This document shows positions 12,042 through 23,609 of a DNA stretch of 64,000 bases, one piece after another. Source of the DNA: Chrysomallon squamiferum (taxonomy: Eukaryota; Animalia; Mollusca). How positions within the stretch are numbered: position 1 is the first letter of the stretch; every line of letters begins with the position of its first letter. Location of the stretch: the NCBI GenBank assembly GCA_012295275.1, contig CM022677.1:17732001-17796000 (forward strand), in the 5' to 3' direction. The notes under the pieces are model-generated. The model searched no databases, was not told the DNA's origin, and saw nothing but the letters and a program-made list of their open reading frames with translations. The translations under genes were made by a program, and so were the position numbers.

Positions 12042-13858
12042 TAATTATATAAACAGACTGGGCAAACAGAAACATGTGATTTTCTCTTACTTTATCTCTT
12101 CTAGTAGTTAGACAGATATAATTATGTAAACAGGGGAACCAAATATAATAATAACATACACAGTAGATATGTCACATTATTTATTTTATTATTTGTATGT
12201 TTTAAACCCGATTTAAAAAAAGAAAAAAATCTAAATAATATTTATAGAATATGTCTGTTTATTTTATTATGTAAGTATTCTAAATAAAGAGACTTGTTCA
12301 AATAAACAGAGAAAACCAAATAATACAAACTTACTGTATAGATCATTGTGTCATAACTACTGATACTGTTTATCACAGTTCTTTATTATAATTTTAAATT
12401 GTATCTTTTCTAAGAATACTGAGTATTGTAATACAGAAATGTAATAATAATAGGTTATATCATAATATTGATTTTGTATGCCATAACCACTGATACTCTT
12501 TTTCATAATTACTTTTAAAATTTTAAATGTATCGTTATGATAATAATTAATTGAAAACATTTGTAATTATTAAATTTTAAATGTTTTAAATTTTGATTCA
12601 TCAAGGTGTTAAGGTAAGGAACAGACAACAATCAAGTTTTCATTATTATCGTCATCATAAAGATGATAATTTGATAGTTTTCATAATTACTAAAGTTCTT
12701 AATGAATAATTGTTTATCATCAGGATGATGAAGATGATGAGCTGACAGCGACAGCTATCTGTGAGTTGAGATCAAATGATGTGATGGAGATAGCTCAGGA
12801 CCTGTGTGAGTCACTCAGAAGAGAAAAACGACTCAAATTCAGAGTACAAGAGTTAGTGGCTGCTCTAGAGAAAATCTCTAAAAACTCAGAAATCAGACAT
12901 CAGCAGTCAGCAGAGTTTGTCAATGACCTGAAACGAGCTAACAGGTAAACATACAGGTGTATGCATGTCATGCATAATCTTCATGTTCTACACTAAACAT
13001 TGGTCTATGCAAACACATACACACGTTTCAAACAGAAATTCAAATTATATTTAGAGACATTTTTATTATAAACTTATTGTGTGAATATTATAATTATATA
13101 AACAGTATATAAATTGACATAATGTCATTGGTTTTTCTGTCTGGGATTTTTTGTGGAGTACTAAAATCACTTTTACTAATATTGTTGTTATTAACATTTA
13201 TAAATTTTTATTTTATTTTTGTTTTGTTTTGTTTTGTAATGTTTTGTAGTGATAGCATTAGTATTTCTGTAATATAATTGACATATCTAATCTTTATTTT
13301 ACTTTATTTTTTGCCCTGTAATGTCTTGATATCATTATTATTCTAATGTTTTTAATTTTATTTTTGTAATATAAATAATTTAATTTTACGTCTTCTTATT
13401 TCACTTTATTTTATAAAGCATTGCTTTATTATTTTTATTTTTAAATCAAATTAACATAATAGTTACATAGCTTTTTAATTTTATTTTGTAGTTCCTTATA
13501 TGATTAGTATTTTTGTAACATAAATAACATATTGTAATTTTATATTCTTTTCATTTTCCTTTGTTTTCCCCATAGTGCCTTAATACTATAAACTAATCTT
13601 AAATAATAATCTTTTATTTTATTTTATTAATTTATTTATTTATATATTTATTTATTTATTTTTTTTTTTTATTACAGTGCCTTGATATCAGCGTTTGATA
13701 AAGCAAAGAAGAAGTACCAGAGCAAGCTGAAGAAACTTGAGACTCAGTTACAGGGGATGACAGATCGCTACGAGAGACAGATAAAACTGCTCAAACAAAG
13801 AATTGAAGTGCTTGAGATAGACACTGTTAGGCCACCAACCAATGAGACTTCATTATAG
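2610..13858 (+). CDS. MCC: Colorectal mutant cancer protein (MCC) orthologue, 5'-partial. Exons 2610-2723, 4057-4199, 5142-5233, 5698-6191, 6520-6629, 7062-7173, 8203-8596, 9985-10177, 10838-11072, 11545-11724, 12724-12944, 13678-13858
   Basis: All introns are GT-AG with compatible phases. The spliced translation matches recalled vertebrate MCC along its length: LHQAALTSLKGEIIELNNRL, RYEERVTELHSVIAEL, SKIDHLKSQNDL, MGKYESNNTALQLA, PWEDLSSNSRTASTSSSTASSVDTDFTK, QRLDLENAVLMQELMAMKEE, SEIRHQQSAEFVNDLKRAN, and the C-terminal class I PDZ-binding motif NETSL-stop. The start codon was not identified and may lie outside the window. Confidence 0.95.
3135..3368. mobile_element. Non-autonomous Tc1/mariner-type element (MITE) in an MCC intron
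   Basis: Inverted termini CAGGGTGGCCCAGATGTAAC ... GTTACATCTGGGCCACCCTG flanked by TA on both sides. The minus-strand interior reads ...RCHHCITNNGLHFEHL, like a Tc1/mariner transposase C-terminus. Confidence 0.85.
3688..3935. repeat. Intronic tandem repeat, about 71-bp unit, about 3.5 copies
   Basis: TGCATATACCATTAATAAATAATTTTCTTATAT recurs at about 3688, 3759, 3830 and 3901. Confidence 0.85.
4240..5075. repeat. Intronic minisatellite, about 84-bp unit, 5-6 good copies then degenerate copies
   Basis: Repeated TTTGCTGTTCTTCACTGTTTTTAATGCCACATAAATGAAAC. It explains the repetitive minus-strand ORFs 4201..4593 and 4211..4453. Confidence 0.85.
6309..6540 (+). repeat. About 41-bp tandem repeat whose last unit is the real acceptor plus exon start of MCC exon 6520-6629
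   Basis: The unit ATTGTTACATTTTTGTTACAG|TTGAAGGAGTTACAGGATAA has about 5 degenerate upstream copies. Confidence 0.85.
9310..9984 (+). repeat. 50-bp minisatellite, about 13 copies, ending exactly at the acceptor of MCC exon 9985-10177
   Basis: Unit CAGTAAGTGTGTATATTAATA(C/G)AGAAGTGTGTTTTCTCTGTGTTTATTTT, with CAG at about 9333, 9383, 9433, 9481, 9531, 9581, 9631, 9681, 9733, 9783, 9833, 9883 and 9933, and the true acceptor CAG at 9982-9984. Confidence 0.92.
11695..12090 (+). repeat. Degenerate tandem copies of the exon 3' end and donor of MCC exon 11545-11724
   Basis: AGACTGGGCA...AAACAT|GTGATT is re-found at about 11862-11891, 11939-11969 and 12055-12081, separated by (TA)n. Confidence 0.75.
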
Positions 13859-15236
13859 CAGATCTGGGATTTTAAATTAACCAATCACTATGATTGTAAC
13901 AAAATTCTGAGAGTTCTGTTATCCAGTCACTGTGTCTGTAAGAAAAGTCTGGTAAAAAAGTGTGTTATTTACCAATCATGTAACCATGGTGATCTGAGAG
14001 TTAAAAATAGCCAGTCATGGTGTCTGTAATAAAAGACTGGCCACTGATCTGTAATAAACCAATCATCATGAATGTGACAAATGACCCACCAAAACCAATC
14101 AGTGTTGTTCTTGAAAAATTCAGGCCAGAGAAATATTGGCATACATTATTCAATACCTTGGACCATTCAAACAAATGTGCAAATGAAACATTATTGTGAA
14201 AGAACTTTGTGTTTATTTTGACCAACGTCTGTGACCAAAATGAACAAAACAGACATTACAGAAAACACTTCATTTAAATTACCATTGATGATCTAAAGAA
14301 AATGTTTGTGTGAATCAGTGTCAAAGGATCACCAGTTACATCTGAAGAAACAATACAACACAGTGGTACAACACACTAGTCAGTGAAATCTTATTACAGG
14401 AAACAGTCTCAGAAAAAATGAATTGTTCATCTTACCAGATTTTTGTACATATTTGTTAATGTTTTAGTGGATTTACATTTTAAACTCAGCACTTGAATCA
14501 AACAGTGAAAACTGTGCACAGAAAAAACTCTTTAATTATAAATGAAATCCTGAGAGGTGATTGGATTGTCAGCTGACCAATGAAAATAGGAATGGCTTTA
14601 ATAATTAACCAATGAAATTATTTATTTATTAGAGCTTCTGGCCAGTCAAACAGTAGAATAGATCTGAGCTTTAACCAATGAACAATCCTGTTTTATAACA
14701 TGACATCAGACAAAGAAAAATATCACATGAAAATTAAAATGTCAGTTTTGATATTTATGTATTATCTATAAAAATATATGTGACAACTGTTTTTAAACCA
14801 ATGAAAATGATTTTCTCAGACATATTAGCCAATCAAAAGTAGTTTACTATCTGTATTGATCATTGAAAACAGATGTATCTATTTTATCTTTTTTAAAATA
14901 TTGACTTTGTAATTCACTCTTAGTGAACATGAAAAAAATATCTTACTGTAATTTTATATTTAAACCATCCTATATTATAATATTTTCAATGGATTGGTTA
15001 ATTATATAGTATGAATATTTTTATTAAGTGTTTAAGAACATTATTTGAGTCATTTCTGTAATGATAATGACAGAAAATAGACTCTTTGAAGTTAATGTCT
15101 TATATCAAATGGTGAAATGTAAAAATTCTATAATATTTTTATTTTTATTATTATTATTATTATTATTCTTATTATTATTATTATTATTATGCTATTATGC
15201 TAATAATATTAAGATAATTATTGTTATTACAACTTC

Positions 15237-15285
<49 letters not shown>

Positions 15286-16385
15286 TTTTATTAACATTAC
15301 TGTCATTAGTATTATTATATTTTTATTACTTCCACTACTACTACTGTTAGCAAAATAATTCTTATTAATATTCACCATCTTTGATTTTAACTAAACTAAA
15401 TGCTGTATTTGTTTCATCATGATATTACACCAGCTGTTAGGCTTTTTTTAATTCACAAGTGTTGAAAATATTTGTTATTAGCTGATTATATGCAAAACTT
15501 ATTTGTGATATGTGTCTTCATTATGCATAATTAGAATCACACTGAATTGTTTGTGGCACTCTAACATCATGAAAAGTGATCTAATTTTTTTTTTATAAAT
15601 ATGTTTTCAAAAGTGCTGTTTTGCTAAGTGAGAGATGATTCTTGTATTATTAAACAAAATGTTCTCTTTCACAATTTAAGAGTATGGTCTGAATTTGAAT
15701 GAATAAAAAGAAATAAGATGTATATATGTTTGTATAACTCAGAAATTTACAGAATGTTTAGATGTACCAGTTTCTGCAGCTGATTACATCTGGAAATAGA
15801 GTTTCACATCAGCAAACTTTGTATTTGTAGACAAACTAAAACCTTTAAGAATAAGATAATTTCCCTTTAGTTGGCCTAATGGTCTATTAAAAAATGTATT
15901 AAAAAATATATATATTTTCGTTAACATCTTAAATGTAGAATTATATGCAGATTTCTTACTTGTTGGCCAATATCGTTAAACATTCATTAAAATAGATTGT
16001 TATGACATTTTAATTTAAAAATGTTTTAAATATATGTACATTTCCCTTTGTCTAAAACAAAAATTCATTAAAATTAGATAGTGTCAACATATTAATTTAA
16101 ATATATTTTAAATGATATAAATTTCTTATTCGGTGGCCTATAATGTATTTAAATTTAATTACATTTCCCATTTGGCAACCTAGATCAGTAAAAACATACA
16201 CAAAGACATTGTAAAGGCACATACTGAACTTGAAATAATATGTAAATGTTTTTGTGGGCTGGTGTGAATAGTTACTTTATAAAAAACAGACATGATCATG
16301 ATGGTAAAGTTTACAAATTGTTAAATGGGCATTATCATGTTTAATGTTACTTTGTATGCAATAAAAAAAACTCATCTATTTCAGC
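13859..16385 (+). other. MCC: Probable MCC 3' UTR with candidate poly(A) signal AATAAA at 16360-16365
   Basis: Follows the stop codon. Mostly complex sequence ends shortly after an AATAAA and a GT/T-rich tract, then gives way to (AAT)n. An alternative AATAAA lies at about 15702. Confidence 0.4.
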
Positions 16386-16595
16386 TAAGAAAGTTGTTTA
16401 GTTTTATTTCCAAGTGAAGAAACCCAGTGAATAATGACAGGCAGAATTATTTATAATAATAATAATAATAATAATACAATGACAATAATAATAATAACAA
16501 GAACAACAATAATAATAGTAATAATAGTAATACCAATAATAATAATAGTAATAATAATAACAATAATAACTAGAATGGAAATAACAATAATAGGA

Positions 16596-16629
<34 letters not shown>

Positions 16630-17784
16630 TAAAGAAGATAATAATTATAATAAAATAAAAATAATACTTTATTTTATATAATTTAAATGAATTCTCTCTA
16701 GAGATAGCTGGTGTGAGTTGTACTTTTTATTCTCTCTTCATAAAATATTAAGTGAAGTAACAATAATCAAATATTTTTTACAAAATCTGTTAGTAGTGAA
16801 AATTAAGTTACTAATAACCACAAATCTGATATTTATTTTCACTCATTCTAACAACCATTTGATTAACAAACTATAGATGTCAATAGTCCAACTTTGTCTT
16901 AAGTTATGGTGGAATTTAAGACTGTTTTGATTATGCTGAAAATTTAGTTAACTTGGCTGCACATTGAGTTTGAAATACAGTGATGTCACTTCTAGCTCTG
17001 TTTTTCACTTTAATTTCTAACTATATCCAACCAAAAGCAAAAACAAAAACAAAACTTAAATAATAATTAATAATAAACAGTAAATACAACAAATAAATAA
17101 AATAATTATAAATAGAGATAGATAGAAACAAGTGAATGAGGCAGAGACAAATGACAGAGACAACTGAATTAGACTGAGACAAGTTAGAGATACAAATGAG
17201 ACAGAGACAAGTTATAAAGACAGCTAAGTGAATGAGAGAGACAGCTGAATGAGATATTTTACTTTCATTCAAACACTCAAAGAATGAACAGATTATATAA
17301 ATATGTATATTTCATTAATGTTTTCATGTTGACATTTTTCTTTGATTCATATAGTAAAAATAAAAATCTTTCTCATAGATAAATGAGACAATTCCAGTGA
17401 AAGTCTGTCATTGCTGTCACTGTGCATAGAAATATTTCTCCATATTTTTAATAATGTTTTTATGATTTTTTGAAAAGACTATTTTAATGAACACTAGTGA
17501 AATTTCATGCTTCTTTCATTTATCAGATATATTTTTAAATATAGAAATAAGACATTTTTGAAGCAGTAATTTAACATTAGTCCTAGAAGCAGAACATAAT
17601 ATTTATTAATAGGTTGAAATAGTATATACCTATCTAAAAGATGATTTTCTATGTTTAACAAACAGAGAAGTAAATAATAACACTTCTATAAGACCAGTAA
17701 GATTGATTGCAATAGGATTATTGCATTATTTTCCTCTAAGAATGCAAAAATAAATAAATAATTAAATTAATAACTAAGTAAGTA

Positions 17785-18385
17785 ATAACGTTAGAAACAA
17801 CACCGTTATTACGACAACAACGGCGACATTAATAAAAACTAATAATACATTTTAATGGGATGCGGACACTAAGAAGTTAAGAACAACCCCTTTACGATCA
17901 CCCCATTAATAGATACACCAAAACGTTCAGAACAACGCTGGTACGACGGCAATGACGGCGACATTAACAGAAATTGCATTAATATATTTTAACGTAGTAT
18001 GTGCCCGCTCAGAAAGTATGAGGAAATAAAAAGCGCAAAAGAATAACACTACTACGACGGCAACGACGGCGTCATTAATAAAAATAGTGATAATATTTTT
18101 TAACATAGGTTGTGGACACTAAGAAAGTTTGAATACTAGTTAATAAAAAGCAAAATAATACAGAGAACGTTGAGAACAACGTCGTATACGATGGTAATGA
18201 CGGCGACATTAATAGAGATGATAATCATAATATAAGATGGGAACGGTCAGAAAATAAGAATAACAGCGAATAAAAATTGAAAAGGAATAATAAGGAGTAC
18301 ACCAATAACGTTAGGGGCAACGACAGTGACATTAATAGAAATTACAATAATATATTTTAATAGGTGATGCGCCCGCTCAGAAACT
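17785..18385. repeat. Degenerate CpG-rich tandem repeat, about 120-130-bp unit, about 5 copies
   Basis: Recurrent ACGACGGCAAYGACGGCGACATTAAYA...ATATATTTTAA...GCGSMCRCTMAGAA. Confidence 0.75.
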
Positions 18386-18589
18386 AACTTGAACGTACTC
18401 AGTAAATAAAGAGGAAACACGACCCCTAACACCCGGATTTAAAAACGTGTCTGTAGATCTCCAGTATACAGTTTCATATTTAGTCATGTTTTTAAAACAT
18501 CGTTATTTTATTTATGTTTTTATGTTTTTATTTGCACTTTTCGTTCGTGCGACTGTTTCTCCAATTTTATTTTTGATGGTGTGTGTGTG

Positions 18590-18661
<72 letters not shown>

Positions 18662-18739
18662 AAAACTGGGTGAAAAATTTAAAAGTAAATCACATTTTGT
18701 TTTGATAATTTTAATCTTAGCAATTTTAGTATTTTAAAC

Positions 18740-18939
18740 NNNNNNNNNNNNNNNNNNNNNNNNNNNNNNNNNNNNNNNNNNNNNNNNNNNNNNNNNNNNN
18801 NNNNNNNNNNNNNNNNNNNNNNNNNNNNNNNNNNNNNNNNNNNNNNNNNNNNNNNNNNNNNNNNNNNNNNNNNNNNNNNNNNNNNNNNNNNNNNNNNNNN
18901 NNNNNNNNNNNNNNNNNNNNNNNNNNNNNNNNNNNNNNN
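18740..18939. other. Assembly gap (200 N)
   Basis: Run of N. Contiguity across it is unproven. Confidence 0.99.
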
Positions 18940-18989
18940 TTAGAACACCTCACCGCTTACCTAATCTGGAGATTGCCAGTTTTGGCAAC

Positions 18990-19325
18990 ATACCATTTGA
19001 ACCACAGGAAATCCCAGTAATCTATTTTTAGCTGGGTGGGTAAAACCCAACTGATTTCTGCAGCGAAAAAATAATAATAATAACAGGTCTTACTTATTAT
19101 TGTTTTCGAAGAAATGCAGATTATTTATTTATTTATTTATTTATTTTTCATACAATTCCCATGTTGATGTGTCCCGAGGTCCTACTAAATGAACAAAGAT
19201 CCGCCATTTTACTCTGATATTAGAGTCGTCAGAAAACATCAAAGGAACAATCACAGTTCTCTGTTTTAATGAACTGGAACAAAAAAATGGGTCAAGTCTT
19301 ACTGCCACACGTAAACAAGCAAATA
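18990..19325. repeat. Locally dispersed about 300-400-bp repeat family (other copies at about 27520-27830, 34150-34480, 37950-38310, 40460-40800, 40945-41320, 45300-45400)
   Basis: Shared blocks TTGAACCACAG...AATCTATTTTTAGC, CCTTACTTATTATTG, GATCCGCCATTTTACTCTG and TTAGAGTCGT...AAACATCAAA. Several copies follow (AG)n tracts. Element class not determined. Confidence 0.75.
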
Positions 19326-19519
19326 GGAATATTAATACGCCAACATAAATAAATAAGCAAACAAAAAAGAAAAAGGAAATCGATAAATAAAATAAATAAA
19401 TTAATTAATTAATTAAATTTAATTTAATTTAAGAAATAAAGAAACTATATAAGCAAATGTTCTATCTCTCTCTCTATCTATCTATCTATTCATCTATACA
19501 TATATAAATGGTAAAAAAA

Positions 19520-19550
<31 letters not shown>

Positions 19551-19633
19551 GAATAGTACATATTACTGATGATTGATAAATTTAATACATAGCTCTTTAG
19601 TACGAAAATAAATTAATGAATAAATAAATGTAA

Positions 19634-19665
<32 letters not shown>

Positions 19666-19704
19666 GAAAGTAAAATAAAAAAATAATTATTAAAAAAAAG
19701 AAAT

Positions 19705-19872
19705 AAAAACAAACACGTATTAAACGTTGTTACAAAACATCTGCACTATTTATTCTTGATCCAGCTCTCTGAATCAAACATTTTCCCACTGAATATTAAA
19801 GTACGCCTTTCTTGGACACACAAGGGAAAAAAATATTATGTATATGAAATACAACAACCAGGAAAAACAAAG

Positions 19873-19908
<36 letters not shown>

Positions 19909-20060
19909 AACAACAAACAACTACAAACAAAATAAATCAATACTAGATAATCTTACGTATTTTCATTACAAGGTCATGGTTAAGGTCATCTTCGTATCTA
20001 CCCTTCCTATATATTTTTATCAATGTCTGTTGTCTCCAACAACGAAACCATGGAATTGAG
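19705..20060 (-). pseudogene. Hollow third copy of the ALF-like secreted-protein gene: promoter, exon 1 (ATGAAAATAC|GTAAG, 19957-19966) and 3' UTR with AATAAA; exons 2-4 absent
   Basis: 19705-19818 matches 45670-45781 (3' UTR of the 45.8-47.7 kb gene). 19799-20055 matches 47594-47852 (its intron 1, exon 1 and promoter). Confidence 0.75.
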
Positions 20061-20309
20061 TTACGTGTAGAAAGATAATGTGTATATGTATATGTATGTA
20101 TGTGTGTGTATATATAACATTCTCTGAAACGAACCAGCAGGACACGCAACGAAAACAAAAATAAAACATCCAGCATTGCGTGATCAAAATAGAATTCAGT
20201 CGAGTGTGAAATTTAGACTGAGAGAGAGAGAATGGGATATAAAGAGATAAATGAGAGAAAATGGAGACACAGAGAGAGAGATGATAGAATGAAGGTGAGT
20301 GATGATAGT

Positions 20310-20348
<39 letters not shown>

Positions 20349-21254
20349 TTTAGAATTGAGTTCTTAATTAAAGTTGCGTGACAAAGAGATTGCGCAGATG
20401 AACAAACAACTAATAAAGACGAGATTAAACTCTGACGTATATTTACAGTCTCCCTCAGCGAATGACGTAATGACTGAAACAATGTATCACAGGTTAGCTA
20501 GGTGGCGTATGACAGCGATATCTTGAAAAATCTTGTATCGAGAGAACAATAGTTTTAATTGTGTTCTTAATTACTCAGTCTGCCGCAACAAGTTGAGATA
20601 TTTGGTTCTGCTATTTACAAATACTTAGTAGGCTTTGTTCAAGTATGCAGGTGTTTGTGTGAGTATGTGACGAAAAATACAATCTTCAATATAACGTGCG
20701 CATTAGGAATGAGAAATAGCTCTATTCTTGTCAGGCAGAATATCAAACAACACAAGGAGTTGAAGACAACACTACAACGATCTAAAAGCAGTTCGTCAGA
20801 AAAAAGACAAAACAAAAGAAAGTTATTACATTTTTCTGTCATTACTTTTATTTTTTTTTTTTCTGTGATTATTTTTTTATTAATTTTTTGATTTTATTTT
20901 TATTTTTTTCTATTATTAATAATTTTTATTTGCTTTCTTTTTAGTTATTATTTTTATTTTTTTTGACTACTAAGTCTAATTAGCTCGTACATTAAATACT
21001 TTGAGAAATAATTGCTGTTCTTCTAAAACCTTCATTGTGATAACGAAACAAAATGGCCATTTGTTTTGGCTGTACTACTTTCTGTGTTTGTTATCTTGTC
21101 TTTCGTTCATTTATCCGTTCTTTGTTTCATTTTTCTTTAATTTCATTTTTCCAATAGTAATATATAAAAGATAAGCTAGTAGGAAAAAATATTTCTTAGC
21201 TATTTCTTGTTTCTGTTGATTTTATTTCTTCACTCGTTGACTACTGAATGTTTT

Positions 21255-23375
21255 TCTTTGTCTCTCTCTGTGTCTTCTCTTTTTCTGTCTCTCTGAATCT
21301 TTCTATTTCCGTCTCCTCTGTACTTTTTTTTTCTCTCTCTCTCTGTGTCTTTCATTTTCTTTCTCTCTCTCTGTCTTTTTTTTGTCTTTCTCTCAGTGTC
21401 TTTCTTTTTCTCAGTCTCTCAGTTTTTTTTTTTCTCTCTCAGTGTCTTTCCTTTTCTGTCTCTCTCAGTGTCTTTCTTTTCTGTCTCTCTCTCTGTGTCT
21501 TTCTTTTTCTCTCTCTAGTGTCTTTCTTTTTCTGTCTCTCTCAGTGTCTTTCTTTTCTGTCTCTCTCTGTGTCTTTCTTTTTCTGTCTCTCTCAGTGTCT
21601 TTCTCTTTTTTCTCTCTCTCAGTCTTTCTTTTTCTTCTCTCTCTGTCTCTTTCTTTTCTGTCTCTCTCAGTGTCTTTCTTTTCTGTCTCTCTCATTGTCT
21701 TTTTTTTTTTCTCTCTCTCTTTCTTTTCCTTTCTCTCTCTGAGTTTTTCTTTTTGTCTTTCTCTCAGTGTCTTTTTTCTTCGTTCTTTCTCAGTCTTTCT
21801 TTTTCTGTCTCTCTCAGTGTCTTTCTTTTTTGTCTCTGTGTCTTTCTTTTCTGTCTTTCTTTTTCTTTTCTGTCTCTCTCTGTGGTTTTCTTTTTTCGTG
21901 TCTCTCTGAGTCTTTTTCTTTTTCTGTCTCTCTCTGTGTCTTTCTTTTTCTCTCTCTCAGTCTTTCTTTTTCTGTCTCTCTCTGTGTCTTTCTTTTCTTT
22001 CTGTCTCTCAGTGTCATTTCTTTTTCTCTGTCTATCTGTTTTTTCTTTCTCTCTCTCTGTGTCTTTCTTTTTTGTCTCTCTCTCTTTCTTTCTTTTTCTC
22101 TCTCTCTGTGTCTTTCTTTTTCTGTGTCTCTCATTGTCTTTCTTTTTTCTGTCTCTCTCTCTGTGTCTTTCTTTTTCTTTCTCTCTCTCAGTGTCTTTTT
22201 TTTCTCTCTCTCTCTTTCTTTTTTCTTTCTCTCTCAGTGTCTTTCTTTTCTGTCTCTCTGTGTCTTTCTTTCTTCTGTCTTTCTGTCTTTCTTTTCTGTC
22301 TCTCTCTTTGTCTTTCTTTTCTCTCTCTCAGTGTCTTTCTTTTTCTGTCTGTCTCTCTCTGTGTTTTTTTTTCTGTCTCTCTCTGTGTCTTTTTTTTCTG
22401 TCTCTCTCAGTCTCTTTCTTTTCTTTCTCTCTCTCTGTGTCTTTCTTTTTTCTGTCTCTCTCAGTGTCTTTCTTTTTCCATTTCAGTGTCTTTCTTTTTT
22501 GTCTGTGTCTTTTTTTCTTTTCTGTCTCTCTCTGTGTCTTTCTTTTTTCTCTCTTTCTTTCTTTTTTTTTCTGTCTCTCTCTCTTTCTTTCTTTTCTCTG
22601 TGTCTTTCTTTTCTGTCTCTCTCTAGTGTCTTTCTTTTTCTGTCTCTCTCTGTGTCTTTTTTTTTGTCTCTCTCAGTGTCTTTCTTTTTCTGTCTCTCTC
22701 AGTGTCTTTCTTTTTTCTGTCTTTTCTGTCTATCTGTGTTTTTTTTTTCTCTGTCTCTCTGTGTCTTTCTTTTTCTGTCTGTCTCTCTGTGTCTTTCTTT
22801 TCTGTGTCTTTCTGTCTTTCTTTTCTGTCTCTCTCTGTCTTTCTTTTTCTTCTCTCTCTGTCTTTCTTTTCTCTGTCTCTCTCTGTCTTTTCTTTTTTCT
22901 GTCTCTCTCTGTGTCTTTCTTTTTCTGTCCTTTCAGTGTCTTTGTTTTTCTGTCTCTCTCTGTGTCTTTCTTTTTTTCTTTCTCTCTCAGTGTCTTTCTT
23001 TTCTGTCTATCTGTGTTTTCTTTTTCTGTCTCTCTCTCTGTCTCTTTCTTTTTCTGTCTCTCTCAGTGTCTTTCTTTTTTTTTCTCTCTCTCAGTGTCTT
23101 TCTTTTCTGTCTCTCTTGTCTTTCTTTTCTTTTTCTCTCTCTCAGTGTCTTTCTTTTTCTGTCCTCTTTGTGTCTTTCTTTTCTGTCTCTGTCTCAGTAT
23201 CTTTCTTTTTTCTCTCTCAGTGTCTTTCTTTTTTTGTCTTCTGTGTTTTCTTTCTCTGTCTCTCTCTCTTTTTCTTTTCTGTTTCTCTTCAGTCTCTTTC
23301 TTTTTCTGTCTCTCTCAGTGTCTTTCTTTTTCGTGTCTCTCAATGTCTTTCTGTTTCTGTCTCTCTCTTAGTCTA
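21255..23375. repeat. 2.1-kb pyrimidine-rich satellite, about 26-32-bp unit TCTCTCTCAGTGTCTTTCTTTTTCTG
   Basis: Directly visible. Source of the long spurious S/L/F/C ORFs. Confidence 0.95.
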
Positions 23376-23609
23376 TCTGTCCCACGTTGTGTTTCTGTCT
23401 GAAAATCTCTCGGCTGTTTTACAGCCCTGTTCATCATTTTTATCTTTTGCTGATTCCTTTCAACTCTTTTGTGTAACACATAATATTTGTTATTTCTGGT
23501 CATAATACCAATCGCAGTTCGAAAAATATGTTGTTGTTTTTTTTTTTAAAAAAAAAAAGCTGTATTCTCCATTTTGGTATGATAATGTTTTGTTGAAAAT
23601 CTTGCATAC

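Noticed and set aside
14001-14225. Short ORFs on both strands after the MCC stop
   Set aside because: Inside the repeat-derived 3' UTR, with no recognisable protein or splice support.
21248-23505. Long ORFs of up to 549 aa
   Set aside because: Translations of the TC-rich satellite, open in several frames only because the repeat lacks stop codons.
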